From Heterodontus francisci (lineage: Eukaryota), in NCBI RefSeq assembly GCF_036365525.1, contig NC_090382.1, positions 94,411,982 through 94,475,981 of the forward strand: a stretch of 64,000 nt of DNA. Direction: 5' to 3'. Made by a program: the position numbers and the translations under genes. Shown piece after piece: positions 13,060-25,595 of the stretch. Numbering within the stretch: the first letter of the stretch is position 1; the number at the start of each line of letters is the position of its first letter. The notes below the pieces were generated by a model that did not search any database, was not told the origin of the DNA, and worked only from the letters and a program-made list of their open reading frames with translations.

Positions 13060-13818
13060 AAACCTTGATTTTAATCAAGCCTGCCAGACAGGAATGAGGC
13101 GGATGGCTTGTAATTACAGCAGTCGCGCACTCCCAATGCACCCCCACCTACTGGTTACCATTTTAACTTTTGGGTTTTTGGTACCATCAGAAGCACCTTG
13201 TGCAGGCAGATGTGGCCTCTTAAATATGTTAAGGTCTTATGACACAATTAGTACTCCAATGTGATTTTAGCTAGGGATCATGTTAGTCAACCACAGTGCC
13301 AGACCTGCTGGTGAAAACTGGTGGCAGACAGGAACAGGGCCAAAAGATGATCAGGATTTATTGGGGGGTTTTCTTGTGTATCAAGTGGAAAGGGAATTCT
13401 CCTCTTGGCTCCACAACAGAACTTTGGGTCTCTCCTGCCCAAACTTCCCGCCTCCCGATTGCAATGCCCACCTGATCCTCTTCCCCGACTACTTACCTTA
13501 GTGCTAGGGACAATTTTCTCAGGGCCTCCTACCAGCCAAAATCTAGCTTTGTGCCAGCACTGTCATGTGACCTTGCAACCGAGCCACTCAGCACGCCTCC
13601 CCCTGCCCCCTGACCTTCCACTTACCTGAGTGCCAGCGACCGTTCCTTCTGTCCCAGCTGGCAGATTCCTGCCACTTGAAATTACACTGCTGCCCACCCA
13701 CTCTGACTGTACAACTGACTGGAGGCAAGTGAATAAAACGCCCCATTAGCCTCATGCTGCTAAGGTCAGGGGGAGTTTGGAATTTGTCTGATTCCTGCTC
13801 TGGGTTAAAATAGAACCT
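13060..13818. mobile_element. Degraded MITE-like element
   Basis: Ends resemble inverted GATTTTAATC / GGTTAAAATAG, with a GC-richer interior like the other MITEs. Confidence 0.35.
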
Positions 13819-14024
13819 TTCAAAGGAATCTGATTCCAAGGTTAGGAATTACAGGATTGAGGAAGTGATATAGTGCCATGGAGTACTGGAATGTGGTCGC
13901 CTGGTTATGATTCTCATTGTTTGCCCCCAACCTAAATTCTTCATCTCTGCTGTGCTGCCATCTGGGAGAAAGCTGACACTTGCTCATAAAGAGGTGGAGA
14001 CATTTCCTGACTGTTCTTGTTCAC

Positions 14025-14169
14025 CTCATTGCAGTCAGTTTCAGAGCAGCATTGGAAAGATTCAGAAGTAGAAAGGTTGTCCACTTGCCCAGGCTTAGTT
14101 GGTGGATAACCATAGGAAGAGCCCAAAAAAGGATAGAAGGAATGTCTACTTTCAAAAGAGAAACCCTCA
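14025..14169 (-). CDS. Putative 145-nt exon (EGFSFESRHSFYPFLGSSYGYPPTKPGQVDNLSTSESFQCCSETDCNE), phase 2 to 0
   Basis: Strong acceptor ttttttctttctgttgtcgccag| and donor GAG|gtgaac with an open frame. The 3' phase fits exon 12674, but the 5' phase does not fit exon 16727. Confidence 0.4.
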
Positions 14170-16726
14170 CTGGCGACAACAGAAAGAAAAAAACTATACC
14201 TTATACCTACTGAATATTGGGATGGATATGACAAGGTAACTTCATTTTGGATTTCCACAGTTGGCTGAGGAAGAAGACTTCCATCCCATTAGCCCAGGAT
14301 GGATTCAAATCCAGTTGCCAGATGTGGAAGAAAGGTGCACTAATCCACTGCATCACACAGCTGCCCTGAAGCTTGACTCAAGTATTTGGAACATATTACT
14401 TGCGGAAAAAAAAATTAAATATGCCATTTCTAATTTAGACTTGGAATTTTAAAAATATATATATTTCCAGTGACAAATATAGGCTCTTGGCCACAACAGT
14501 GGATACTTTTAAATGAATCGAGCCATCAGAATATATTAGTGAACAGGTGGACAGCTGACAAATCACTGGCTCATAATAAAGTACTCTGTACAGGATTAGG
14601 AATAGAGACAGAACAAGATCTGGAGGGAGAGAGAGCACGCAGAGACTTCTGGTACTGCTGAATTAATGCTGTAACAAGCTTTAAGCTGAGACCTAATGCA
14701 ATTTGGTGATAGTGGGATTAGTGTTCAGACCAGCAAAAGCTGTATTAAGCGAGTCCCATGGTGCAAGATGTAGTACATGCTGTGCAAAAGCAGACACTGA
14801 ATGCCATTTGGGAATTAAACAACATTTTGTACAGGATCTTTTACTTTAAAAAAACAATCTAGCTCCCCTGACCTCTCAGGAGAATGAGATTATGTGGGTG
14901 CCCTGCTCACCCATAAATGCCTGTGCTGCTCTGGACTGGCCATCAGATTTCTTGTGAGAGAAGCCCAGGATGACTCAATCTACAATTACCTGCCCCATTT
15001 CAGCAAGAATTTGGCCTTGGCTTAGCTTCTTCACACATCAAGAAAGGTTGAAGATGTTAGTGGCACAGGGGAAATTGAATCTGTGACTCCATCATTGCAC
15101 AGAACAGCACACTGGTGTTCCACCATGCTGTAAACATGGTGCTGCCTGCATGTGGCATTTATACTGACTACTTTCAATGGATTCTGTTCCCATCTGAGGT
15201 ACGAGACAAATCACCCATCACCCAATACAGTTTGTACTCTTCTCAGAGATCAGCTGCTCTTTGCACATTACTTGTCTGCAGAACTGGAAGGTATGCATTA
15301 GACCACCTGAGCTTTTCACATTAATGTGCATAGTCAAGAGTTGCCACTGCGACACACTGAAGCCAGACACCGTCATACGGAAGTGAATATTTCCCTCTCC
15401 CCAGTATCAACTGTACACACACAGCAAGCATTGTGACAAGTGAAACTTTGCTTTTGTAATTTGGTGTTTGATATATTGTACTATCTTCTGCATGGTTGGG
15501 GGCTTTTTAATTCCTTTTTATCTGTGTACATTTTGAAAGCATTGTATCACCATTCAAGATAGGAGGGAAGTTTCAGAGAACTAGTGCAGAATTTAGATGT
15601 GCTCGTTGAAGCAGAATCTCTTTAGCAACAGTACATTCTGTTGCAGAGTTATTTGAGGAGAAAGGAAAGTGTTAGTTTAATATTTTATGAAGTTTGGGGG
15701 TTTTAGTTCTCACTATAACCCCGCACAATAGAACAGTCTTTTCAGTGACTGTCATTAAGTGTTGCTGGGTTAATTCTCTTTGAAAAGGTTATAATGTGTA
15801 TTCGTTTCCTTCAGAACACTGTAGTTCATGAACATGAGGAAAGCATGAAAGAAGTGGTCAGGTAGAATATTATCTTTAGATTTCCAAACAAATTTTCTAA
15901 CAGTCTGCTTACAAGATAGTTACACTGTGGATGATTGGATGAAATCACTTCTTGTTCCAAATCCCTGAATCATCCGAAACAGTCTCTTTCTATCATCTCT
16001 GTCATATCTTTTTGTAATTTAAGCACCTCTATCAAATCAGTCCTTAATCTTCTCTGTTCTAACAAAAAGAGCACCTATTTTCAAATCGACCTTTTCTAAC
16101 TGGTACCTATCTCCTCCTCATGTATTTTTTAACTGCTGACAATTAACCTCCACTAATACTAAGTCAAGTCAATTAACACCATTGATTCCAAAGGATAAAC
16201 CAGATCCCTGAATTGATTTCCACAGCTACATCTGCATCCTCACTTGAACCAATAGCTAGGCTGTGAATATAAATTTGGGCATAGAAAGAATAGATTTAAA
16301 AAAAACAAGTAATCTTAAATGGGCATATATATCAGCAGCAGGTTTTTTACATTTGAAAGAAAGGTTATATTTTTGGTGGAATCCTTCATCAAATGTAAGG
16401 CCCCTGCTTGAACAGTTAACCTATCTTTTCTCTTTCAAATTTAAATTTACCTTCTGTGCATGGGGTATATGTATATATTTTTAAAAAATATCGATAATGT
16501 AACCTATTTTATTGGTCAACCCTTTTTAAAAGTTGGAAGTCCATTTGAAGGATGATGAGTGTTTACAGGTTTCCCTGCAAAGCAATGTACCATGTGGAAG
16601 AGATGGATTGGGCTCCCCAGTGAAGCTGAAGCAACAGCGTTACTGCTCCAACTATATTAGAGATGGGTCAAGGTTATAATTAAAGTGAAAGCCTGGCAGC
16701 TTCAGCTAATTACAACCTCCACTCAC

Positions 16727-16777
16727 CTGTACTCTGTTCATATCAATAAAGTGCTCCACCAGGGAGTCACCCTTCTT
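16727..16777 (-). CDS. Putative 51-nt exon (KKGDSLVEHFIDMNRVQ), phase 0 to 0
   Basis: cattttgtgtatatag| ... CAG|gtgagt (consensus donor). Only the phase-0 frame is open. Confidence 0.5.
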
Positions 16778-17329
16778 CTATATACACAAAATGCACATTA
16801 TGTCTTAACCATGCCAACTATTTACTGGTGTCTGGATGACATTCTGATTACTTTCCCATTTCAAGTTTTGTAAAAATATTCCTTCTAAATTATTTTAAGT
16901 GTCATGTACTTCAAATTGATACAAAAAAAGGATGATATGAAAGCTCAGTATAAAATAGTGCAACTTTCTAACCTCGGGGAAATTTGCTTGTATGTGCCTT
17001 GCATTATCAATCTTTATGCTGGATAATTTAAGGACAATAACTGTGTAATCTAATAACGTCCGGTGGGGAGTCATAAGATTGCCAAACCCACAAGGAAGAA
17101 TGTATCTGTTACTATCATTGAAGAGTTATTATAAATCAGTAAGCTGATTCATAGAGGAAGCATGGTTCAAGAAGTAACAGCTTTAATAGTTATATTACCT
17201 GATAAAATGTTTCAACTCTAGCACAACCAGCATATTATGAAGGCAACTGGGAGGGTGGGAGAACAAAGCCTCATTTTAAAAGGCTACAACCAATATTTAA
17301 TACATCAAATGGCTAGAAGCTGAAAGCAG

Positions 17330-17880
17330 TGAGACTTTACAGTGGAATTGGGTGTGGATAATGAATTGGCTGAAGAAAAGAAAACAGCAGGTAATTGTTA
17401 AGGAAGTGATGTCAGGATGGACCATATGAAATTCCTAAGTGGTATGCTGTAAGGATCAGTGCTGGGGGTCTTATTGTTCCTAATCTTACATATGGAATGA
17501 GTTAGACTGAAATCCAATGCCAACAGGTTAAGTTGTCAAGACAAACAAAACAATAAGGGACCTAGAAAAGGAAGCAGATTAAATCTGCAATTGGGTAAAT
17601 CAGTGCCAGACAAAATTCAAACCAGGAAAGTGGGTATTATATACTGGAACCAAGTTTAGAGCAGAAGTATACTGTGGATGGTAGAAAATGCTGAAGGTAA
17701 TGCAGTAAAAGATGTGGGAATCATAGTTTCAGCACTTAACATTACAAATCACTGCACAGCAGTAATAAGTGACATAAATGCTTAATTATATAGTTAATAT
17801 GAGTACAAGTCAAAAGGTACCATTTTAAAACTTGAATACTGTGTTCAATTTTGATCATCAAGACACAAGGCAAGGACTTG
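17330..17880 (+). mobile_element. Highly degraded CR1 RT fragment
   Basis: Remnants of the W..NWL..RKQ, SG..QGSVLG..LF.I and LEYCVQF motifs at DNA level. Confidence 0.55.
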
Positions 17881-17949
17881 AGTCTTCGAGGCAGTGCTTC
17901 ATCCTGTCTATGGGACTCACCTCCTGCGCTCTCAATTCTATTCCCACGA

Positions 17950-18365
17950 AACTCCCTTCCTTGGTGGTTGGACAGTGCATTCCCTGGTATGCTGGTGGAG
18001 GAGATGGGATATTGGCTGATGGCTATGATTCTGTGAGTATGACTATGTCAGGCTGTTGCTTGACGAGTTTGTTGGACAGCTCTCCCAACTTTAGCACCAG
18101 TACCCAAGGCTCCTTCAAGAGCACCTTCCAAAGCCCACGATCATGACCACCTAGAAGGACAAGGACAGCAGGTGCATAGGAACACCACCACCTACAAGTT
18201 CCCCTCCAAGTCACACGCCATCCTGCTTTGGAAATATGTCACAGTTCTTTCACTGTCACTGAAGCAAAATCCTTGAACTCCCTCCCTAGCAGTGCTGTGG
18301 ATGTGCATACACCACATAGACTGCAGCGGTCAAGGAGGCACCTCAAAGGCAGTTAGGGATGGGAC
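17950..18365. mobile_element. CR1-clade (second family) fragments: endonuclease piece on minus joined to 3' end on plus
   Basis: Minus strand KLGELSNKLVKQQPDIVILTES (APE start). From about 18103 the plus strand matches the 3' region seen at 3700-4010 and 44900-45200. Confidence 0.7.
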
Positions 18366-18559
18366 TTTGCAGATTCAGCTAGGCTGGGTTTATGTGTCTT
18401 CTTTTTTCTCTTCACTTTGCTATGACCTAGGCATTGAGTGGTTTGTTCAGTTTTATTCTTATACTTTGTAGCAGCTTAATACAGTAGAGTTGCTTGGTTG
18501 GCCAATTCAGAGGGAAGTTAATTGCCAACCACATTGGTGTGATACTGGAGTCACATATA

Positions 18560-20652
18560 GGCCAGACTGGGTAAGAGTGCAGATGTGGACTGGTGCACAG
18601 CAGGTGAGCGAGGGTGATGTGTGGCTTGCAGAGCTCATGTCGGTTCCTATGGAGCAGACAATCTTTGTCTGATAAGCCACTTCCGTACGTCCCTAGCTCA
18701 CTGCTAGCCCTGCATGCAAAGCCTGCGTGCCATCTGTCCTCCCATGCGTCTTTCATGTTGTAGGTCTTCAGCGTCCTCATAGTCCGAGGAGAAATCCTGT
18801 TGACATCTGTCCTCATCATGCCAGGCCTGGCCCCTATTGGGTGCGTAGTTGTGCGGAGCAGCAAAGAAAGGAGCTGGTCTTTTTGGCTTATAGTACAGGG
18901 CATCACCCTATCCATCCAGGCATTGGAGGCGCTCTTTCAGCATGTCGATCTCCTGCTCAATGGTGGCTCATGTAGTTCAGTGGCTGGCGTTGCATCTCGC
19001 CTCTGCAGCAGTGGTGCAGTCTCTCACTGGTGTCGACAGCCATGTCAGCAAAGGATAGCCCTTATCTCCAAGAAGCCACCCCTCCATCTGAGCCAGTTCA
19101 GTGAACAGCAGTGGCAGCCGGGCCTGGCAGAAGACCCAGGTGTCATGGCAGCTGCCTGAGAAGCAGTCACACATTCGCTGTAAGGAGCCGCGGTGTTCAC
19201 ATACCAGCTTCACCTGGATTGAGAGGGCTCCTTTAATGGTGACGTCTGCAGGTGGTAACCTGGCGGGAGGCCTGATGGACACATGAGTGCAGTCGATGAA
19301 AATTATAACCTATGGTTCTCCGGCAATTATGCCAGAACCACTGGCCCTGGCTGTGAGAGTCCGTCCTGAAGCAGACATCCTCACTGATCCTCCGGTGCGG
19401 GGCATTGGGGACCTCCCTGATGCAGTGGTGCACTGCTGACTGTGTGACCCCACAAAGGTCTCTGGTGGGCACCTAAAAGGCTGCAGAGGTGTCAAGCATG
19501 AGAACCACTGCCACAATGAGGAACAAAGGCATGGGATGTCCACTGGAGCCCATGGGCTGCAGGTCATCCTTGAGCAGGGCACAGAGACGTGTCACCACCG
19601 GCTCTATATGTGCAATCTCCTCTGACACTGGTGCTCTGACATCTGATGGCATGTCATGTGGGGCCTGTAGATGCACGGCGACTGTAATTGCGGGCTCCCC
19701 TTGGGGGCTTGCTGCTCACGACTGTGGATCGCACCTGCCTGTTGGTATTGCCTCTGGCACATAAGGATCCTCACATGCAGAGGATCACACAATGTAGGAT
19801 GAACCATACCTATTTCCATGTGATAAATGAAGTTGAACCCTGCATGTATTCAAAGATTCCTAACAGGGCATGGACTGGTGTTGACGGGTACATCAGCTGC
19901 TTTCCTGGATCAACTATGTGGTGTGCCATGGCATTGCCCATCTTGGCCAACACTCAGAGTGGCACAGCATGACCACATCAAGATCCTATCAACTGAATCG
20001 ATTGCCCCCACCATCCATAAAATCTTAATGCTCCTGCTTTTTCTGGCACCCTCTCTACACAAAGGGTGCCTAGTGTGCCATTTCCCCCTCAAAAACACAA
20101 AGCATACACTGTTAATGGAGGGATGGTAGACGGCACCTCCCTTCTTGCCAGTACAGTTTTCCCTCCAGTAATCCCAGACCCCCTTCCTTTCAGAATGCAG
20201 AGTGAGACCCCTGCATATTTCCCCCTCCCTCCTCCCTTCCAGAATGCAGAGTTATACCCCTGCGTATCCCCCCTTCCTTTAAGAATGCAGAGTTAGACCC
20301 CTGTGCATCCCCCCTTCCTCCTCCCTTCCGTAATGCAGAGTGAGGACCTGCCAGCTTTTCAGATCGTGAACAGGACGGCACGTGACGGCCGCCTGTTCAA
20401 TGAAATATCCGGCAGTGTCGGTGGAAAGGCGGCGGGCGGGCTGTATAATCAGCATAGGTAAGTAAGCATTAAAATATGCTAATTATGGTGCCACCGCCGT
20501 GTGGTGGGGGGCCACACCAAGGTCCCACCGCCGCCGGTAAAATGCGGCGGGCCCGTCTTGACATCACAGGTCGAGGTGGGCTTCATCCTGCAGCATTTTA
20601 CCGGCCCCCACGCCATGACCCACGGCATCGAGGGGCCGGTAAAATTCAGTCC
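18560..20652 (-). mobile_element. PIF/Harbinger transposon remnant with decayed HARBI1-like DDE transposase
   Basis: GSCHD ... GWLLGDKGYPLLTWLSTP...TAAEARCNASH, DLCGVTQSAVHHCIREV and N-terminal IYR...MSEHQCQRRL, all frameshifted. TIR-like end GGTAAAATTCAGTCC at 20638-20652. The left boundary is uncertain. Confidence 0.88.
20175..20345 (+). repeat. Minisatellite, about 4 copies of a 40-50 bp unit (CCCCTTCC..AGAATGCAGAGT.AGACCCCTG)
   Basis: Four AATGCAGAGT cores with alternating short and long C-rich spacers. Confidence 0.85.
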
Positions 20653-22919
20653 AATGAGTTTGATATTCATGCTGGACTAAATGCCAGATGTCACTATTTT
20701 GCCAAGTTTAACAAATTGAGTTTTTTCATGTGTGCAAATTTCATGATGATACAATCAGTCATTACTGAAATATTTCAGACACGGCAGACATTTATGGGTT
20801 AATCTGTATAACTCTCCTCTGCTGGCCTATTGCATTTGACTGGTCTGTAATTATTAGGGTGACCTTCTCGGTTTCAGCTCACTTACTGCAGAATGCATGC
20901 CCGACCATCCTTTTTTTCGCCAAAATAAGAGGGAAAAAAATCACAGGTGACAGTTTCTGTCTCTTAGTTTATTTAGAAATTCTGAACTGAAACAGATCGG
21001 TCAGATCTGTATTTCATAGCCAACATCTTCAATCTCCCCGGGTACATCTGCACCCTTTTTCTCTTTGCAGTGAATTTCCTTTAATAGATTACATTGACAT
21101 TGGGAGGAGCCACAAAATAAGCTGACAGCATTCGAAATAATATGAAAAAATTTTGTGTTTATTAAGTGTGCCTCAAATCTGCAGAGATACCGAATGCCAT
21201 GGTTCCATTTCGTGGAACTAAGAGGATAAATGTCGGTCTTTGCTGAGAAATGTATGTCTGCTTCAGAATGGCAATAAATTGCAGATACACGACAGTCAAT
21301 TGCCAAATTTTTGAATGATTTAGTGGAATGTGATTAAATATGAAATTGTTAAAAGTACATTCAGAATTAGGTTCAAACACAGAAATGTAAAAATAAGTGA
21401 AAACCCAGATTATTATCCTGCATTTCATTCCAAAGTGATTAGACTTTGATACTGTCTGGATGATTCGCAGGGAAATTTCATCGTGAAATGGCTATATTTC
21501 ATGAAAAGAGCAGACATTCATCTCGTCTGCAGAATCGTTTTTACATTTGCCTACATTAGAGTTACTGCACTTCAACAGTAACATATTGCATGAAACATTT
21601 TGAAATGTCTGGATATGATCAGGTGTTATATAAATGCAAGTATTATTTGCATTAAAGATGGAAGATTGTGTTTAATGTTTTGACTAGGAATTTTACAGTA
21701 AAAAGGAGGTAGCTTAATCCACCTAAATCCCATATAGACAAGGAAACAGTATGAGGTTTTATCCATTTGGTATGCACTTATTTGAAGTTAACTGCCCTCA
21801 GAGTAAAAAATAATTTGATGAGTTTTAAGATAGGGAATACAATAGTTAAGCCAGTAAAGGAAGGAGCCAAAATTTTATACTGTAAAAAATCACAGAAACA
21901 GGATTGTACTCATTAAATCCTGGTGATATCATCACCTCAACTTGTTTAACTAGCAACCCCACAGCTTGATTCAATGTATAGAAACTTTAGTCACACAATA
22001 AACACTGTGCCACAGGGAAGTAGAATACAGGATGACCCTGTAATTCCCAATTTTACGGTGAATGTGGGATAGCAGGAGAGGTGAACAACACGGAGACTCG
22101 CCAGGATGTATTCCTGACTCTGCTGCTTTCTGCAGAACAGCTACAACCCGAGAAACTGCAGCTATCTATATGTGAATGGCTGCATGAGAATGCAATGCAG
22201 ATGAGTGAAACACAGAATCTGACTCGTTTTCCACTATTTGCACTGCAGCAATGCTGTCTAGTAGAACCTGACATCCAGTATTCAAAAGTCAGCAGAGGGG
22301 GCACCAGGACTGTACTAGGAGAGAGACCTGTGCAAGTGAACTTGAGGCAAGAGGGAGATTGTTCATATCTTTTTAAAAAATTGTTGGCAGCACATCGGTC
22401 ATATCTTTTCAGCTGCAGCAACATTCCCCCAGGGGCTGTAGCTGCACATTTTTGCTCCCCAACTGTTGCAGAAATGACCCATCAACCAACCTCAGGAATG
22501 GGATACTAGCCTCAGTTTTGCCAGCACAACATCCCAGAAAAAAATCCCCAACTGTTAAGTTCCTGACCTCAGCTGTGTCATCATGAGGTGGTGAGAAACC
22601 AAGCCTCAAACTTCCTAGGAAAGGGAAAGAAAACTAGGAAAGAAAGCCTAACCAAGATGCACGTTCACAGCTCCAATAGCTTGTTGTAGAGCTTCCTGTG
22701 TTTCTGGTCAAAGTTTTACAGAGTGGCAGAGTTTCTGTTGAATTAACGAACTGGAATGTTTACTTATGTAAAATGTTGAATAACGATTGCCTGGGAGTGG
22801 GCGACAATTTGTAGTTTCATTAAGGGGTCAGATTATTTATTTCTAATAATAGATACCTGAGAGTCAGAGGCTGTAATCAAATTACATTATATTATGATTA
22901 TGTACAGAACAATGAATAC

Positions 22920-22985
22920 CTGCTGTGAGTTGTGAAGCCCTTCATCCTTGTAGGTGTAGCATTTGCTGTTTTCTTCTCTACTCAT
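22920..22985 (-). CDS. Possible first coding exon (MSREENSKCYTYKDEGLHNSQQ), phase 0
   Basis: ctcctcatatag| acceptor at 23005, ATG at 22985 after an in-frame stop, donor CAG|gtattc. Phase fits exon 16777. Speculative. Confidence 0.25.
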
Positions 22986-23675
22986 CTCTAGTCATAATGC
23001 CAAACTATATGAGGAGCATTGTAATCGTGTTCTCACAAAAAGTATTAACTTTATGATGGGTGTATCAGTGGTGCAATATGCTCATGCACGGATCTACCGT
23101 AATGTGTAGTGATAGAGGGGAATATGATTGCTATGATTCCCTTGACAATGAGCTCTTCATTTCAGCCATCTGGGAGAAGTATCAACCAAAACGAAGGTCT
23201 TTCCCAAAAGGGAAGGAAATCAAGCAATGACTAAAACAGGATGTCAGATGGTTGATATATATAGAACATAATGGATACCTGGAAGTGAGTGACAGCTTGT
23301 AAACTAATCATGTTAATTGGATGGTTTATGCATAGAATAATAGATGCCCAAGAGAGAGTTACAGGCTGCAATGTTTTTGACAATGTTTTGTTCAGTTTTG
23401 TGCCCTTATTAACTTACAATAGCTCTCCGTGCTCTAGGTCATGGGTGGATAATAAGGACCATTCAGAAGGATCAATGACACAATTGTTGCCAGTATTAAA
23501 AATCATTTTTCATTGATTATCATGCAATAATATAGTTAATGCATGATAAACATTAACTGTGAACTGCTACTATAGTGACAACTATGCAGATTAATCTTCT
23601 TATTGATGAAATTAGTCTATGTTTTTTTTTCTTAAAGGATGGCACTTTATTAACAGATCTTTTACGAGATAACAA

Positions 23676-24071
23676 CCTAGAAACTGGCCTATGCTGTACC
23701 TGTGTTACAGGCATAAAGTGCCTAAGGGACCAATATGGCAGGCTGTGTGCACTCGTCATTTCAATCAGATGTGCGTAACCCGCCATATTGGTTAGAATGC
23801 CATCATAGGTGTCTGGGGTGTGCACCTGAAATTGGCTGCTCTGGACTGTATGCTGCTAGCCACCACTCACTCCCTTTTCATTGTCACTGTCCCCCTACCC
23901 TCCTACACCTCCAGGACTGGCCAGCTGCCTCTGGGGCCATGACTGATACCTGCAGCTCACCAGTAAGAAGCAGATGAGGCCAACAGAACAATTTGCCATG
24001 GTTCTGCTGCCAGCCTCAATAGGCACTCCACCGAGATCATGCCCAAGTTCGGGCGTAACCCAATATCTAGG
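23676..24071. mobile_element. Small MITE-like element
   Basis: Inverted ends CCTAGAAACTGG / CCAATATCTAGG enclose a GC-richer island with repeated GCGTAACCC motifs. Confidence 0.5.
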
Positions 24072-25595
24072 CCTGTATTTTTATTCATAAATAAATAAGC
24101 CATGTTTTGTCACTGCATAATATCCAGCTTGGTACCATCATTAGGATCTCATTCCAGTACCTTTCCCCCAAGTGAGCCTACAGGCCTTACACTTCAAAAG
24201 ACTAGAGTTATAGCAAACACTTGCAATCGGATAAACATGAATCAGTGGAGTGTGAATGTGGTCTTCCTGATGCCTGTAAATAATCAAGGGCTGACTCCTG
24301 CTACCAAGAGACTAGATTTTTTTTTATCAGCCTGTAATCTTCATAGCTACAGAACTCAAAAAGATACATCTACACAACACTTTTACATAAACTCCAGCAT
24401 TCAAAAAAGTGTACATATAATTTGGTTGCATTTAATATAGTTTATTTTATATTTGTAATTAACTGGCTTTAATTTGTCTGAGCCACAACTAAGAGCAGCT
24501 AATTAGAGCAACACTTTATATTACTCTGAGCATCTTCCAGCTGATGAAAAAGAGAATACATCAGAGTTGATCAGAAAAGTCACAGATTGTCACTCAGAAT
24601 CAGACAAGGCGCCATGGCAGCTGTCTCTATAACATCTACGCGGCTAATTAACGTGATAAGACTAGTGACACGTGAATATCGTGAAGAGTTTAAGTATGTG
24701 ACATCGCCTCCAGTCCTGTACGAAAACTGCCACACTGCCTTCATCAATAGAGCATAATTTTGGATAGTTACCCGTAATCAGAGGTGCACACAACTCTTTG
24801 GGGGTTTGGTGAGGCTGTCGTAGGAAAATTCTGACAAACTGTCAGTTTCGTCAACTAATACTATTACCGTAGAGAACACAGTTCAATCAGTTCTTCATAG
24901 CTGCTCAGCATCTATCACGATGAGTAACCCCTGGTCCACCTACTGCAGTTAGCAATCCCAGCTCCCAATCTACTCGAATCAAAAAAACCTCATTGTCTCT
25001 CTCCCAACTAGCTTCTAAGCAGCAACACAATCCCCACTACCTCTTTCAATTAGCAATCGCTCACTCTTTCTCTGCCCGTCAGCACTCCCTGACCCATCTA
25101 CCCCAATTAGAAGCTCTCGCTACCACACCTCCGCTAAGCAACAAACAATTCAGCCCAATCCCTGCCAAGTCCAACTAACAACCACATTCCCAAATGTATT
25201 CCAGTCAACAAAGTTGCTACTTTGGACATTAGATGCAGAGTGAACAAGAAGCATCACTTTTCATCGTGTCCTAACACCAATATCACTTGCATTCATAGAT
25301 GATTATGTTTAGGTAGGCAGCTGTCATAGAATTCTCGTCTGCCCCAAATTATCCTTACAGAGTAACTTTAAGTAAAAATATATATGCGTATGGCCATATT
25401 CAATACAGAATTTCCTATTAAAAATTAAATAGCTGACAGTTTTAAAGAACCACAATTTCACAAAGTCTTAATTGACTATGTCCCGTACATGAGAAACAGA
25501 AGTGTAACACAAGTTTACTGTTTCTAAAGTAACTTTTTTTCCCTTCATGGCAGCTCCGATAGACAAAGAAAAGTACTTCTCTCTTCCCGTAACTG

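Noticed and set aside
20175-20345. CRISPR-like repeat-spacer appearance
   Set aside because: The spacers are homologous to each other, the context is eukaryotic and there are no cas genes, so it is a minisatellite.
22081-22509. 142-aa plus-strand ORF and overlapping minus ORF
   Set aside because: GTG start, no recognisable domain and no convincing flanking splice sites.
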